Shown: one piece after another, positions 13,589 through 27,200 of the stretch | Layout: every line of letters starts with the position of its first letter | How positions within the stretch are numbered: position 1 is the stretch's first letter | Assembly (NCBI RefSeq): GCF_009834535.1 | Contig: NC_045696.1 | Span: 8,868,001-8,932,000 of the forward strand | Length of the DNA stretch: 64,000 bases | Source of the DNA: Camelus ferus | Lineage: Eukaryota | Direction of reading: 5' to 3' | The notes under the pieces: model-generated | Databases searched by the model: none | What the model was told of the DNA's origin: nothing | Seen by the model: only the letters and a program-made list of their open reading frames with translations | Made by a program: the position numbers and the translations under genes

Positions 13589-14261
13589 AAAATGATGACT
13601 TTTAACATGAGTGACTCCACTACCCCTTTCCTAAAGGAAATTAGAATGTAGGTATCTTTTAAATAATGCATTGTTTACTGCATAAAGAAGTTGTATCCTT
13701 TTATTAAGAATTTTGTATTTTATAATCCACACATTCCATACCACCCTGGGCATACAGAAATTCAGACTGAAGTGCCCAAACTGAGGTTGCCTCCTTAAGG
13801 CTTATTAGATGGTATAACTTGGGGAGAGTCAGTTATGAAATATGGTATCAATAGTAGTTGTAGTAATAAAGGTGACATGTAATAGTAGTGTTTTTGCTAA
13901 ACATCAGGAATATATCAGGCACTGAGTCAATACACACATGTGCTGATCAGGACAAATGTCAGAACTCCTGCTACAGGCTCGATCCTACACAGTCCTCCAC
14001 AGAGGTGGGCACTGTTGACCATGTGACTCTGACCCTCAGCCACACTCGATTGGCTCAGGGTGGTCACAAGCCCAGTGGCCCGGTGAGTGTCTTCTCACAA
14101 TACTTTGGGGCCAAACTGGAAAAGGTGACTGCTTCCTCAGATTGTCCCTGGACTTTCTGAGGATCACAAAGAGAATATGGCAGTGATGAGAGCTCATGCT
14201 TCCAAAACATATAAGCAAAATGAGGAATCAGAAACTGAAGGAACAGGATCCAATACTTGTT

Positions 14262-15850
14262 AGTTCAGCAAATATTAACGGAGCACTTAAAAATGCACTA
14301 GGCACTGTGTTGGGTGTTAGGAGTTTAAAAGTAGGCAAGACAGACAGGTCTTAGTCCTCACAGAGCATAATTCTACTAGGAAAGACAGAAATCAAAATCC
14401 AAAATAAAAATAAAACTATTGCTATAATCTGGGAAGGCAAAACACATGCCTAGCAATTCCGTAACTAGGTATAGACGCAACAAGAGTGATGAGATCTTAC
14501 GTCCACCAAAAGGCACGTACAGTTTTATTCGTAATAGCCATACACTGGAAACAGCCTAAATGTCCACCCAAAGTAGAACAAATAAATGAACTGTGCTATA
14601 ACCACACAATGGAATATCAAGCCGTCACAAGAAAAAGGAAGAAATTATTTCAGACACAAGTGCCAGGTGAATCTTACAGCATTCTGTTGAGTGAAAGAAG
14701 TCACCTACAACAGAGTACATTATGCATGATTATATTTCTATGAAGGTCAAGAACATGCAAAATTAATCAAAGGTTGAGAAAAGTCAGGGCAGTGCTTATC
14801 TCTAGACACAGAGGAGGAAGGCTCTGTGGAGACTGACCTGGGAAGGATGGAGGGAAATCTGGGGTTCTAGTCGTGTTCTGTTTCTTGATACGGGTGGTAG
14901 TGACACAGATATAGAGATGTAAAAATTCATCGAGCTGTACACTTAAAATCAGTGTGCTTTAGTATACTGCAATGCAAAAGCAAACAGATAAAAATAAACA
15001 CAAACTGCTTTCTGAAGAAACAATAGTAGGGCTGAAATGGAGGGACGCTGCAGAACAATGACCTGCTTTTAGCAGAGTGCTCTGCGAGGCTCTCTGTGGA
15101 GGTGCTGTTTTCGCTGAGACCTGTGGGATTCGAAGGAACTTGCCACAGGAAGATCAAGTGGGAGAGCCATCCAGGCAGAGGGCACTGCAAATGCAAAGGC
15201 CCTGGGGCAGGAATGCCCCAAGCATGAGGTGCAACTCAAAATTAATGTGCAAGACGTGGCCTGAGATGAAGCGAAGAAGCAGGCAGGGAGGGGGCCATTT
15301 GGAGCCTTGGAAGCTGCAGGAAGCAGTTTAGGTTTTTCCCTAAGTACACTGGGAAACCACCAGAGGGTTTTAAGTGGGAAAGTGAAATGAGCTCATTTAC
15401 AATTTGAGAAGCTATCCTTCTGGCTGCAGGGTGCAGCGTGGATGGGAAAAATAAAGAGACTAGTGGTAGGAGACAAGTGTCTTGGGTAGGGGGAGAGGAA
15501 GTGGCAGATTTGTGATGGAATCTTGACCTGGCATCAACAGAACTTGCTGGCAACTGATCTTGGGATGATGGCTCTGGCTGGATTGGCTGGGTGGTCCATG
15601 GCACCCTTTTCTGAAATGTGGAAGACGAAGGAGAGTCAGGGGTGAGGGTTAGGCAGAATCAATAAAGCCACTTTGGGCATTTTAATTTTGCGACGTCTGT
15701 GCTCCAAGTAGAGGAGGAGTTGGATGCATTAGCCTGGAGCTCAGCAGAGAGCATCACCATTAAAATGAGAAGTTCACCTTGGGGCTGGATGTGCTCACCC
15801 GGGGTGTGTGCCGAGAGAGGGAGAAAGGAAAGGAGGACCACAAGCAGGGG
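14262..15850 (-). mobile_element. L2 fragment, interrupted by an L1 fragment
   Basis: Antisense L2 motifs tcagcaaatatt...ggcactgtg and ccaggcagagggcactgcaaatgcaaaggccctggggcagg. Confidence 0.65.
14440..15000 (+). mobile_element. Old L1 (L1ME/L1MB) ORF2 end and 3' UTR
   Basis: Translates as LFVIAIHWKQPKCP, followed by an L1 3' UTR ending aaaattcatcgagctgtacacttaa. Confidence 0.75.
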
Positions 15851-17249
15851 AGGACAAGTGTGATCATCCCATTGTGACGATGCGAACCTGCGTCATCTGA
15901 AAGGGGATCGGGGCAAACCTCATGGTACTCATTCTGCGAAGGTCCTGGGATGTAACTTCCATTTTGAAATGTGCCCTCGTTTCTCTGGATGTAGCTCCAC
16001 CACCCCCATCCTTCTACAAATGCTACGGTAAATAAGTCTCTTATTCCTAACAAAAGAAACCAACTTTTAAAAAATTGCCTCATTCTTATTGAAGTTCTGA
16101 GATATTAACACGTCCATTTGACAGGTGAGGAGACTTCGTTTGGGGTTAAGAAATGCAGCGTGCGTCAAATAGCTACTGAAGTTGTGGCTGGAACTTGACA
16201 TCAGGTTACTTCCAAAGGGTGTGCACCGAACCATAGAAAGAAGAGACTGAACGCAGAATCTGGTCATAGTTTATAGCATCAGTGGAAAAGACTGTCTCTG
16301 CAGTATGGGAACACAAAAATAGCCCTTGCATTGACACAGCCGGCAAAGCAGAACCCCAGCCTCACAAGGCGTGTGGACCAAGTCTGCTGCAGGTGCAGGC
16401 ATCTGGTCGCTCCTGGGAAGAAGGAAGGAGAGTCTCTGAGCTTGGATGGAAGCAAAGGCAAGGCCAGATATGAGGATCCTGCGAGGAACACAGAACAACC
16501 ATCCAGCCTGAGGACAAAGCGTGTGGAACAGCAGACCCCCAGATCACCCTCCCCCAAGACGGCTCTGTGGGTCTCCCTGGGAAAGCGCTTCTCCCACTCC
16601 TTGCTGGCGACAAAATGGTGACTCATCCCAGAACTCGTCCCATGCCCCACATAGAGCACTTCATGCAAATCCATGTGGTGCATAAAACACACTTCCTCTT
16701 GTGGCGCGTCCAGTAATAATGACCCAGTTCTTCTGTGATCATCAGAAATGTTCAAGTTAAAGAACTCCTTGGGCTGTTTTACTGACACCTGAATCAAGGG
16801 TGGCACCATCAGTGTGTGAGACCCAGAGTGGGAACAAATCCAATGAGGAAGTCCTTAAAACACGTTCTGTCTTAACGAGGCTCAATGCACGGCCCTGCAC
16901 ACACGTGCGCGCGCGCACACACACATTCACATTGCATGATACTTTTTAGTAATTAGTTCCATTTTGTGAATTATACCATCCATTTTGATGAAAACTTATA
17001 TATCTGAACAGCAAGATTTATGGGTGGTTTTCCTTGATTATATCTGATACCCCATTTACATGAACTTTTTTCTGAGTATTTTGAATTCTAAGAAAAATCA
17101 AAACAAGAAAGTAGGTGCGTCAAGACTTCCTCTTTTTCCAGAACACGTCACCCCTTTCCCATGTCATTGTTATTTCTCTTCCCCTTTCCTGCAGTACATG
17201 ATCATCCTTTTCTTCAAACTACATCTTCCCTTTCCTGCCCAAAACCCTG

Positions 17250-17698
17250 GGTATTCATTTCCTGAGGCCATCATAACAAAATACCACAAACCAGGTGGCT
17301 TAAAACAAGCGAAATGTATTCGCTTACAGTTCTGGAGACCAGAGGTCCAAAACCAAATTGTCAGCAGGGCTGGCCTCCCTCTGGGACTCTGGGTAAAACC
17401 CTTCCTGCCTCGTCCAGCTTCCGTGATGACATTCCTTGGTGGTCTTTATCTTGGCAACCATATCCGTCCAGTCTCTGCCTCTGTCATCACGTAGCGTTTT
17501 CTCTGTGTGTCTGTGTCCACATTTTCCTCTTTTATGGGAACACTGTTCATATTTGAACAAAGGACCACCCCAAAGACCTCCTCTTAACTTCGTTACATCC
17601 GTGAAGACCCTATTTCCAAATAAGTTCACGTTCCCAGATGCCAGGAGCACCAATACATCTTTTGGAGGGGACGCAGTTCAACCATTCAATCTATAACA
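17250..17698 (-). mobile_element. MaLR solo LTR (MLT1B/C-like)
   Basis: ataacaaaataccacaaaccaggtggcttaaaacaa...aagaccctatttccaaataag...ggggacgcagttcaacc. Confidence 0.8.
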
Positions 17699-18361
17699 CC
17701 CTGTGTCACTTACGCTTAATTACAGTATCAATTCAAATACCCCCTGAATTATGGCTTGAAGTTTCACTGATAATCCACGTACAGAAACATTAGTAACTAA
17801 AATTCCCCTAAGGGCAATTAATCACAAAAATTATCCTTTCAAAACAGAATGTCAGTGTTTTGAGGAAACCCCTGTATTAACATGTGTGCTTATCTGCATA
17901 CACATGTAGTTTCTCTCTCTCTCATTTACTTCTGGGTTTAGGGATTTCATAATAAATTATAATACACATCTTTTGAATTATCACACAAATGTATTTAAGA
18001 ATAAATTTTATTCTGATTTTGCTCGTTTCCATTTAAAATAAAAGAGACTGAAATGTTCAGTCAATGACATCTGCCACCCGAGGTGACTCCTTGTTTTCCA
18101 TTCTGATCCTTCTTTCAGCCCTAACAATCTTAAGACCGGAACTTTGTAAGATTCAATGTTCTGTTGGCAGAATGGTGCATCGGTTAAGAGCGTGGACTTT
18201 GGGGGCCAGGAGGAGAGACGAAAGTCAGGCTGTCACTGACTCATGGTATGTTTTAGGTTCCATTACTCACCCCACATCAAGGGTGGTTGTGAAGATGAGA
18301 AGATACATGGAAAGTGCGCAGCCCAGGGCCTGGCTCCTAACAGATACTATTTTGTTTTATT

Positions 18362-18628
18362 TCTTCATTTAAATTTTTTTGAAGTGCAATTGACTTACAA
18401 TGTTAGTTTCGGGTGTACAGCAAAGAGATTCAGTTATATATATACATACACATATATATTTTCTTTTTTATTGAAGGGTAGTCGATTTACAATGTTGTGT
18501 TAATTTCTGGTTTACAGCAGAGTGATTCATTTATACATATGTATTCCTTTTCATATTCTTTTTTATTATAGGCCATCACAAGGTATTGAATATTTTTCCC
18601 TGTGCTATACAATTGCACCTTGCTGTTA
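18362..18628 (-). mobile_element. Two tandem short L1 3' ends
   Basis: The motif ttgaag..gat/cttacaatgtt...gtacagca...gattca occurs twice in succession (about 18375 and 18465). Confidence 0.65.
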
Positions 18629-19479
18629 CTAGATGCTCATTTAACACTAGCTGGTTGTTAAGCAGCACATAGATGGTGTTCTAATTGATAACTGATCACA
18701 ACTTTTAAAATATTATCTGTAAGATAGATATAGAAGAAATTCTGTAATTATTTTAAATTTTTTTAAAAACATGTATTTTTTAAGTTTTGAGCAGGAAAAA
18801 GATTTGGGAGCTTATATTTAAGGAGTTTCAAAAAATTTTATTTTATCTTATTTTGTTTCATAGGTTCACAAACATTGAAGACCTTGATTTGGGTGTGATG
18901 GTCTAGTATATGACCCTGGCTAGTAAGAGTTTATGAAAAGCATCTAACTTTCATATTAATCTCACTAGCAAGGAACTGCCTTTTGCTCCAAAAGAGTGCA
19001 GGATTTGGAGACAAGCAGACTTGAATTTGCGTGTGACATTGGGAAATCACTGAACATTTCTGAGCCTCAGTTTCTTCATCCTGAAACTGGAATTGTTAAG
19101 AGCTGAGAAGACTGGAGCTTAAATGCTATGACTCAGATTTTCAGAAAAATAGAATGTTCCTTATTTTCCATAACTGATCTCATTATGTTTGGGAGCTTCC
19201 CTATTCCCCTGTGAAAGGGGAAGAAGAAAACTCAGACTGGTCAGTCTGAGTATCTTAGCCCCTTCTGGTTTAAAATATGCTCTCTCAGATTAACTCAGTC
19301 ACTTCTGAACAAGTGGTCAGTCTTTTGAGGATTTGAGTTCAATTTGGGATTTCTCCCCAGACTCATCAAAATTCTTATTGGACATCGTCCAGGCATCAAG
19401 GTGGAAGAGGTGGGCGATGGAGTCACTTTGGGTCCTGGGGCTGCTTCTGGGGTTCTCTCTGAAGGGAACCTGAAGAGAG

Positions 19480-19760
19480 AAAACCACATATCATATGATT
19501 CCATTTATATGAAATGCTCAGAGTAGGTAAATCTGTAGAGAGAAAGTAAATTAGTGGTTGAGAGGGGTCAACAGCAAAAGGAAATGGGGGAGGGGTGACT
19601 GCTAATGGATATAGAATTACTTTTGAGGGTGATGGAAATGCTTTGGAATTAGATAGTGGTGACAGATGCACAACTCCATGAAAATACTAAAAAACACTGA
19701 ATTGTATACTTTAAAAGGGTGAATATTTTGGTATGTGAATTTTATTTCAATTTTTAAAAA
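19480..19760 (+). mobile_element. L1MB-like 3' end
   Basis: atgattccatttatatgaaatg...gtgactgctaatggatatag...cactgaattgtatactttaaaagggtgaat. Confidence 0.8.
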
Positions 19761-19844
19761 TCACTCAGGATCAGAATTATACTTGATGTAGTGTACTATG
19801 TTGTTAATTCTTGTGTGCATATTTTATTACAGTTGAAATTCTCC

Positions 19845-20630
19845 TCCTATGGAAAAATTTTGCACGTATTTATGTGAGTTTATTTCTAGGTTTTCTATTC
19901 TGTTACATCGATCCTCACTGACTTCATACCACACTGCCTTGATTACTGCAGCAAACCTTACCATCAAGTACTCATTCCTCCCCATGCTTTTTCATATAAA
20001 TCTTAGAATAAACTTGTCTTTATCTGCAAAAAAACTTGTTGGATTTGGTAGAGATTACATTAAATCTGCAGATTAATTTAAGAAGAATTGACATCTTCAC
20101 CATGTTGCATCTCCCAATCCATGGACACATTATGTCTCTCCGTTAATTTAGATTTTGTTTGATTTCTTTTATCAGCATTTTGTAATTTTCAGCATGCAGA
20201 TCTTACGTGTGTTTTGTCAAGTTTATGCCTAAATATTCCATTTTCTTTGACATGATTGAAAATGGCACTTGTGTTTTTAACATCAGTTCCCACAAGCCCA
20301 TTTTTAGAATTCAGAAAATGTAATTAATTTGTGTATGTCAATAATGTATCTGTCAGCCTCACTTAATTCACTTCGTAATCTTAGGAGTTTTTCCTTTTGT
20401 AGATTCTTTTCCTATGTAGACATTCACGTCATTTGCAAATAAGGACAGTTTTATTTCTTCCTTTCCACTCTACATGCCTTTTAAAAATGTTCTTGCCTTA
20501 TTGCAGTGGCTAAAACTTCTAGTATTATGTTGCGTAAGAGTGGTGAGAGCAGTCATCCTTGCTGGGAGCATCCTTGTTCCCAGTCCTAGAGAAAAAACAC
20601 TCAATCTTTCACCATTAGGTGTGATGTTAT
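19845..20630 (-). mobile_element. Old L1 ORF2 fragment
   Basis: Antisense L1 motifs agaattgacatctt, gtcatttgcaaataaggacagttttatttcttcctttcc and agtggtgagagcagtcatccttg. Confidence 0.75.
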
Positions 20631-20934
20631 ACATGACCCATTTTTAATCACATTTGGGCAGCACCACGTTGGTCCCATGTTTGATGTTTTTCTGGGATAC
20701 ACCCTGGGAAGCAGAAACAAGGCTGCTCCCTTGGGGCATTACCCTCAAGTCTTCCTGGTTGTTTTAAATACCATGCCGCTGCCGTATGTCTCCATCCTGC
20801 GAAGTTGGAGGAGATGGGTTCACCTGCCACTTATTTCCTCTCTCCTCTTTGTTCCACATGGATAGGACCAGAAGGCCTTCCTTCCTTCCCCAAAGGTAGA
20901 GGGAATAAAGCTTCTTTTACATCACATCTTTCTG

Positions 20935-22558
20935 AATATGGCAAAATGTGATATGTGGACTCCTGAGGGCTCTGAGACCCTTTCAGGGGGTCCATGAAAC
21001 ATAAAACTATTTTAATAAATACCAAGACACTATTTGCCTTTGAAATATACATATTGACATTTTCACTAATATTGTAAAAACAGTCATGGGTAAAACTGCT
21101 AGCAATTTAGGAAAGATCAAGTCAACGGCTCCAAACAACACTAGCATTCATTGTGTTCGTCACCACCAACCACTCACACTAAAAAAAGTCAATTTAATTA
21201 AAGAATGTCCTTGATGAAGCAATAAAAATTATGAATGCTATTAAATCTCAACCCTTGAGTACACATGTTTTTAATATTTTATGTAACAAGAAAGGAAGTG
21301 CGCATAAAGCACTCCTGCTACTTAACTGGACCACAGCGATGGTCTAAAGAACAGCAGCAAATCGTGAGGTTCTGAATGAGTCTCTTTTTTCTTGGAACAC
21401 CACTGTTACTTGAAAGAATAATTGACAGACAAACTATGGCTATTCTGATTTGCATATTTGGAAGACATTTTCTCAAAAGTGAACATAATGAGCCTCTCAA
21501 TTCAAGAACCATTGAGAAGTTGCCAATGATAAAATCTGAGCTTTCAAGTGAAAATTAAAATTTTAGAAATCTTGCATCCACCACTATGAACTGCCTTCCC
21601 AATACTTAGAGACATTTCTGATGCAATGGGTGGTGATATTAATGAATGTGATTTTCAAAAATATGTCAATATTTGAAAGATCTTCGTAATTTAGTGACTT
21701 AACATTTTCCAAACAACCAATGCATGATGCTGCAAAAGCATACATGAATAAAGATCTCAAAGTACAAACTAAATCAATTGATTTTGAATATAACAGAGAA
21801 TGAAAATTAATTGATACAGTTTCAGATTCCACACTGCAACTAAAGTTTAAGAAACTGCCACTTGCAACGTTCTGGTGCAGTATCAAAGAAGCATTTCACA
21901 ATAACCTGAGATGGTTATTAATACATTTTTGTCTTTCTGAGCTATATGTGTGTGAAGCTGGATTTTTTTCATATCCTTCAACCAAAACAGTGGATTGAAA
22001 CAGAAGTAGAAATGAAAATACAACTGTATAGTTGATTTACAATGTTGTGTTAATTTCTAGTGTACAACATAATGATTCATTTATACACAGATATTCCTTT
22101 TCATATTCTTTTACATTATAGGCTATTGCAAGGTATTGAATGTAGTTCCCTGTGCTGCACAGTAGGGCCTTGCTGTTTACCTATATACAGTAGTGTCTAT
22201 CTGCAAATCTTCAACTCCCAATTTATCCCTCCCCACCTCCTTTCTCTCTAGTAACCATAAGTTTGTTTTCTATGTCTGTGAGTTTGTTTCTGGCTTGTAA
22301 ATAATAAGTTCTTTTGTGTCCTTGGTTTTTCTGTTTTTTTCAGATTTCGTATGTAAGTGATATCGTAAGATATTTTTCTTTCTTTCTGGCTTAATGGACT
22401 AAATGTCCATTGACAGATGAAAAACCTTCTTAATTGTAATTTACAAATCTGTTAACTATTGATAGACCTGACACAGAGAAACAGCAACTCTTTGGGTGTA
22501 GCAATAATTTGTAATAGCACCAGGGGTCCTGAGACCAAAAAGTTCGAGGACTTTCTGG
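20935..22558 (+). mobile_element. Charlie1a-like hAT DNA transposon (non-autonomous, transposase remnant)
   Basis: Left end gagaccctttcagggggtcc...aaaactatttt, right end ggggtcctgagaccaaaaagtt. Remnant peptide AYLEDIFSKVN near 21452-21484. Interrupted by an L1 piece. Confidence 0.8.
22028..22421 (-). mobile_element. Short L1 3' end inserted in Charlie1a
   Basis: gtatagttgatttacaatgttgtgttaatttc...gtaaccataagtttgttttctatgtctgtgag. Confidence 0.8.
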
Positions 22559-23166
22559 TCATTAGGGCAAGTTTTCTCATTTTGGTTGAAGGGACATTTT
22601 GGGTATTTATCAAATTCTTTTCTGTCTACACAAACCTAGCTTTCAAGCCTGTTGTCTCATTTGAATTTGACAAATCTAAATTTGCTCCACAAAGCTGAAC
22701 AAATTGCCTTTGTTTTAGGCAGTATCTGCCTTCACCTAAGGCAATGAAAGTCTCCAGTTCAATCTGTGGGGAGCCACAAGGCAAAACAATTTGCAAAGAA
22801 TTAAAAAAAAAATACTTTGGTTGACCGTATCAAAAATTTAATCCTGGTTACATAAATATTAAATGGGATTTGTAGCTTTAGTAACTGGGAGAGTATGTTG
22901 TAGGGGGTAACTACTCAATTCATGTGGTTCCTCTCTCCAGGCATCTTTTTCTAAACAAGATACAGATCTAAATCCAACCAAGCAAAATAGTACTGAGATT
23001 TTCCCAAAGCATGAACTATTCCAGGCACTAAGAGTGGCATTTCTTAAATCACTGCCCAAGAAGTTTTTATTAAGTAATTGAAATGTACAAGGTGCTTAGC
23101 TAGTGAGGCGCTAGCCAGGAACACAAAGACCATTAGAACACAAATACGATTTTATGTGCTCCGGAA

Positions 23167-23344
23167 CAATGGTTTTCAATCTTGTTTATACATCGGGCAT
23201 GCCTAGGGAGTGTTTAAAAAGTACCAGTACCTGGGCTCCACTCCAAGAAATTCTGGTTTAAATGGCCCAGGGTGTGGTCTGGACACCAGTAGTCTCTAAA
23301 AATTCCCCACTGGGTTTTAATGGACAGCGGGTGGGGAACTATGG
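23167..23344. mobile_element. MER5B-like hAT MITE
   Basis: caatggttttcaa...ctgggctccactccaagaaattctg...ggaactatg, about 180 bp. Confidence 0.65.
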
Positions 23345-23379
23345 ACTCAAACTTCAGGGTTTCAAGTAGACACACCTAT

Positions 23380-24210
23380 ACTTCTTCATTTGTTCAGTTA
23401 CTCAGTGGATATTCAATGAGCACCTACTATGTTCCAGGTGCTCATCAAGGTGCCGGGGATGTAGCAGTGAACAAAACAAGGCATCTGCTCCCTAGAGGCT
23501 GACGTTCTCCAGAGGACAGACAGAAGCTACGTACGTAAACACATAAATGCATGTCGTCAGTGATAAGAGCTCTGAAGAGAAGTAAATCAAAGTAAGAGAC
23601 TAAAGAAAGAGTGCGTGGATGAAGGTGCTCTTAAAGGTAGGGCCATTCAGAAGTCCGCTCTGAGAGGGGCCTCAAGGCACAGAGAGAACTAGGGAAGCGA
23701 GGAACAGATTCCTGCCGCTTCGTGAGGAGGGCCATGCCAGGCAGAGGGAGAGGCAGTGCTGAGCCCTGCAGTGGGAGCGTGCTTGGCAGATTCCAGGAGC
23801 AGGAAGGAGGCAACAGCTGGAGCAGAGCAGAGGGGGTGGGCTGAGAGCAGCCTTGGTGGGGACTCTGCATTCCATTCCAGGTGAGACACTAGGGCACTGG
23901 CGAGTTCTAAGCAGAGCAGGGACACTCTCTGGCATCAGCTTTAAAAGATCACTTGGGAAGAGACTGTAGGAAGCAGCAGGTGAGGATGGAAGCGGGGAGA
24001 TGCGTTAGGAAGCCATAGCAGTGAACCCAGTGAGATACGGTGGAGGCTCAGGCCAAGGTGGGAGTATGAGAGGAGATGGGAAGTGGCTTTATCCCAGACG
24101 AGTTGTAGTGAGGGAGCTGGCAGGACTGGGCTTGGGAGTGAGAGGTAGTGGAGAGTCAAGGATGACCTTCAGGCTTTCTGCCAGGTAGACGGAAAAGTGT
24201 TTTCTCCAAT
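23380..24210 (-). mobile_element. L2 fragment
   Basis: ttcatttgttcag...gagcacctactatgttccagg...gcagtgaacaaaacaag, and gagtcaaggatgacc. Confidence 0.75.
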
Positions 24211-27200
24211 TTATGAATGAGAAACTGAGGTCAAAAAGAAGGTAACTGAATAAGGCAAGAGCACAGAGCTGATAAAGGACATCTTCAGCCACTTACCACC
24301 CACCAGTTCTTTAGACTCCAGGTCCAGTCCTCCTATTTTGTCAAATCGTGAGGCCACAGTGATGTCTAAGGGCGAATCTCACTTTCTTGAAGTTTATCAT
24401 CTTGCGGTGCAGTCAGAACCTAGAGGTAAACACTAAGCTTGAATTAACAGTACCGACTACCATGTGCTAAGTGCTGTATGAGTGGGAGAGGCCATTGTGC
24501 TTTTTGGGACCTGAGGACAGAGTGAGCGTGGTGACCTGGGAGAGCCGGGATGGGAAGAATGTAGAGAAAGGAAGGTGTCAGCGAAGTCGTTCCAGCGAAA
24601 ACCATCATTGCTCATAGAGTAAAGGAAAGGAGGCTGATAGATGTACATGTCGTTTCCAAACATCAAAGTATAAAGCTATTTGGTTAGACCGAAGGGTCTG
24701 AGTATGTGCTGGGGGTAGGGGTGGGCGGTAGGAAAATCAAGGAATTAAACATGGGGTTGAAAAGATAATTTAGGACCAGATTAGAGGAGACATTAAATAC
24801 TTACCAAGTAGTGAGTGAGCATGTAGCCTCTTATTAGAGATAAAAGTGATTAGAAAAATATTAATGTGATTTTATTGTGATTATTAAGCTTATTAGGAAA
24901 GCAATAATAAAATCTTCATTAAAACAGGCCAAGAATATAGATCTAATTTAATAACAAGCTGGATTAATCGGCTAGTCCTTAGAAGAAGTTTCATAATCGG
25001 GAGAGCCTTTGAACTTGTTGGGTAATTATTGTCAATAAGAACAGAGATCCCTTTGAAATAATAAAGACATTAAAATAAGGTGTAAAAGCAGTTGAGCGGC
25101 TTCCATGTGCACAAAGCAACAAAACAGCTTCGGGCCAAATGTGTGCCTGGCCCAGGAGAGGCTGGAAGCAGAGTTGTGTTTGACCACCTGGAAGGCTCTA
25201 GAATATTTTCCTTTGTTTTGTGGGTGTGGCCAAGACAGAACAACTGGGAAAATATTTGTATGGCAAAACTCTCTCCGTAATGCCTAACTGGTTTGGGGAG
25301 CTGGGAGGGTGTGTACTCAGTATGAATTGGGGGTATTGACTTAGGTCCTCGATCCATCGTAGTGATTAGGTAGGGCATTAGGCAAGGAGACTGAGCCAGG
25401 AAAGTTGTCTAGATATTTCAATGTGGTTTTCAGCCCAAGAAGGAAACATGTTTTTAAGTCAAAATTGTAGACTACTAGAGAAAACTGTGGCCATACTGAG
25501 TATGTTTAAAAGAGAAAAAATATGAGTACGATCGTCTTTGGCCTTTGAAAATATATGAACTTTTGATATGTCTTCTGCTGCTTGAGTGGGATGTTTGGTC
25601 AATGTGAAGGACGGGGTTTAGAACTGGAAGTATCTTTAGCCATTTAGAAGGGCTCAGAGACAGAGAAAATGACTTTCAACAAGGTGAAGAGTAGGAACAG
25701 GGTGAAAAAGAAGAACTGGCCGGTTTTGACATCTGCTTTTTCTAATACACTCAGGTCGTATTATTACATGTTAAATATGAATACATCTTCAGTTTTCCAC
25801 GGAGGGTCTTGAAATTTTTAAAAATAACCTGAAATTATAGAGAAACAGCAGAAAAACAAAGCAAAAACAGAAAAAAAAAAAAAAGATGATCATTGAACTA
25901 AATAAGCATGAGATGCCAGAGATACATGGCTGTGTGTAGATGAGACAGAAGAGGGACCCAAGTGTATTACGTATTTCTTGGGACTCCGAGCTCTGTGGGT
26001 AGAAGGGAAGAGATGAGAGTGTTTGGACCCAGGTACGATGAGTGGGAAGGGAGTGGGTTACTCTGCCTCAGTGTATGTGGCACCGCCTTTCAGGATGTGT
26101 TGGAGAAAGAGCAACCAATCAGATGATGTGTTTCTTTTCTGAAGACTCATTCCACCTGGGGGTGGTCGGGGAAAATGGACTGAATTGCAGCTTTGAGGGA
26201 TGAGGGGGTAAGAGTAGGAGGGACGGGAGGTGCAGGGCCATCCCGCTCATCTCCTGGGAGCTGTGGAATCTGGGAAGATTGTTAGATGTGGAAGAAGATC
26301 TCATTTCCAATCCAACCCTGCCACTTGCTTGCGATGTGACTGTGGGCAAATTACTAAATCCCCCTTTTCCTTTAGCCCTTGTTTCTAAAATATGTATGAT
26401 GAACACTTCACACTGTGTGTGTGCTTTGTTTTGTTTTATCTTATTTTATTGGCACGTAAGCGTGCAAGAGAGTTTTAAGTAAGGGTGTGTGAGTTAATCC
26501 TAATAAAAATCAAAGCACGACACATATGGGAGGTACTGTTGTTATTATTTTTGGTGGTGGTGGTTTTGATGGGGTGTGGGCTGACCTTATGATCCCCAAG
26601 ACTGGTTTGGCACCGACTGGCAGAGCTCTGCCCTTTCTTCACACCCATCTGCTAGCAATGGTTGAGAGAGGGCAGATTGATTTTGTCTTCTGATTTTTAT
26701 TGTGAAGGTCAAGAGGCTGAAAGATGCCAGGGATATGGGAAGCTGTGAGGACCACTTTTAGGTGAGCTTAAAATTGTCTGGCTTTCTGGTCTGCTTGTCA
26801 GGATGTAAAGTCATTTTGTTTATGTCCGATGAAGAAAATAGTCTACTCTAAGTCTCAGCCACAAATGTCTGATATCCTTCCTGTTCTTAAAACTCATAGT
26901 GTTGGAATAAATAGAACAAAATGCATGTTTCTTTGCATTCAGAACAGAATCAAATGATGACTTTACTTACATTTTACTTAAGGGATTTTGCTGTGACACA
27001 AGGAATAATTTCTTGGTGTTTTGCTTGAAGACCCTACAGTGGATTCCTTAGAAAGATAGCTTATCTGTCCAGGATATATTTAAAAATAGGGCAAATTCCT
27101 ACCTAACTTTAAGGAGACAGATTCCATTTTATTTCTGCTAGTTTATTATGTTTGGCCTGTTAGTATAATCAACTTTTTTTTTTTTCTGACATAAATGCTG

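Noticed and set aside
16279..16809. Cluster of overlapping ORFs in GC-richer unique DNA
   Set aside because: No recognisable protein similarity. ORFs on both strands are expected at this GC content.
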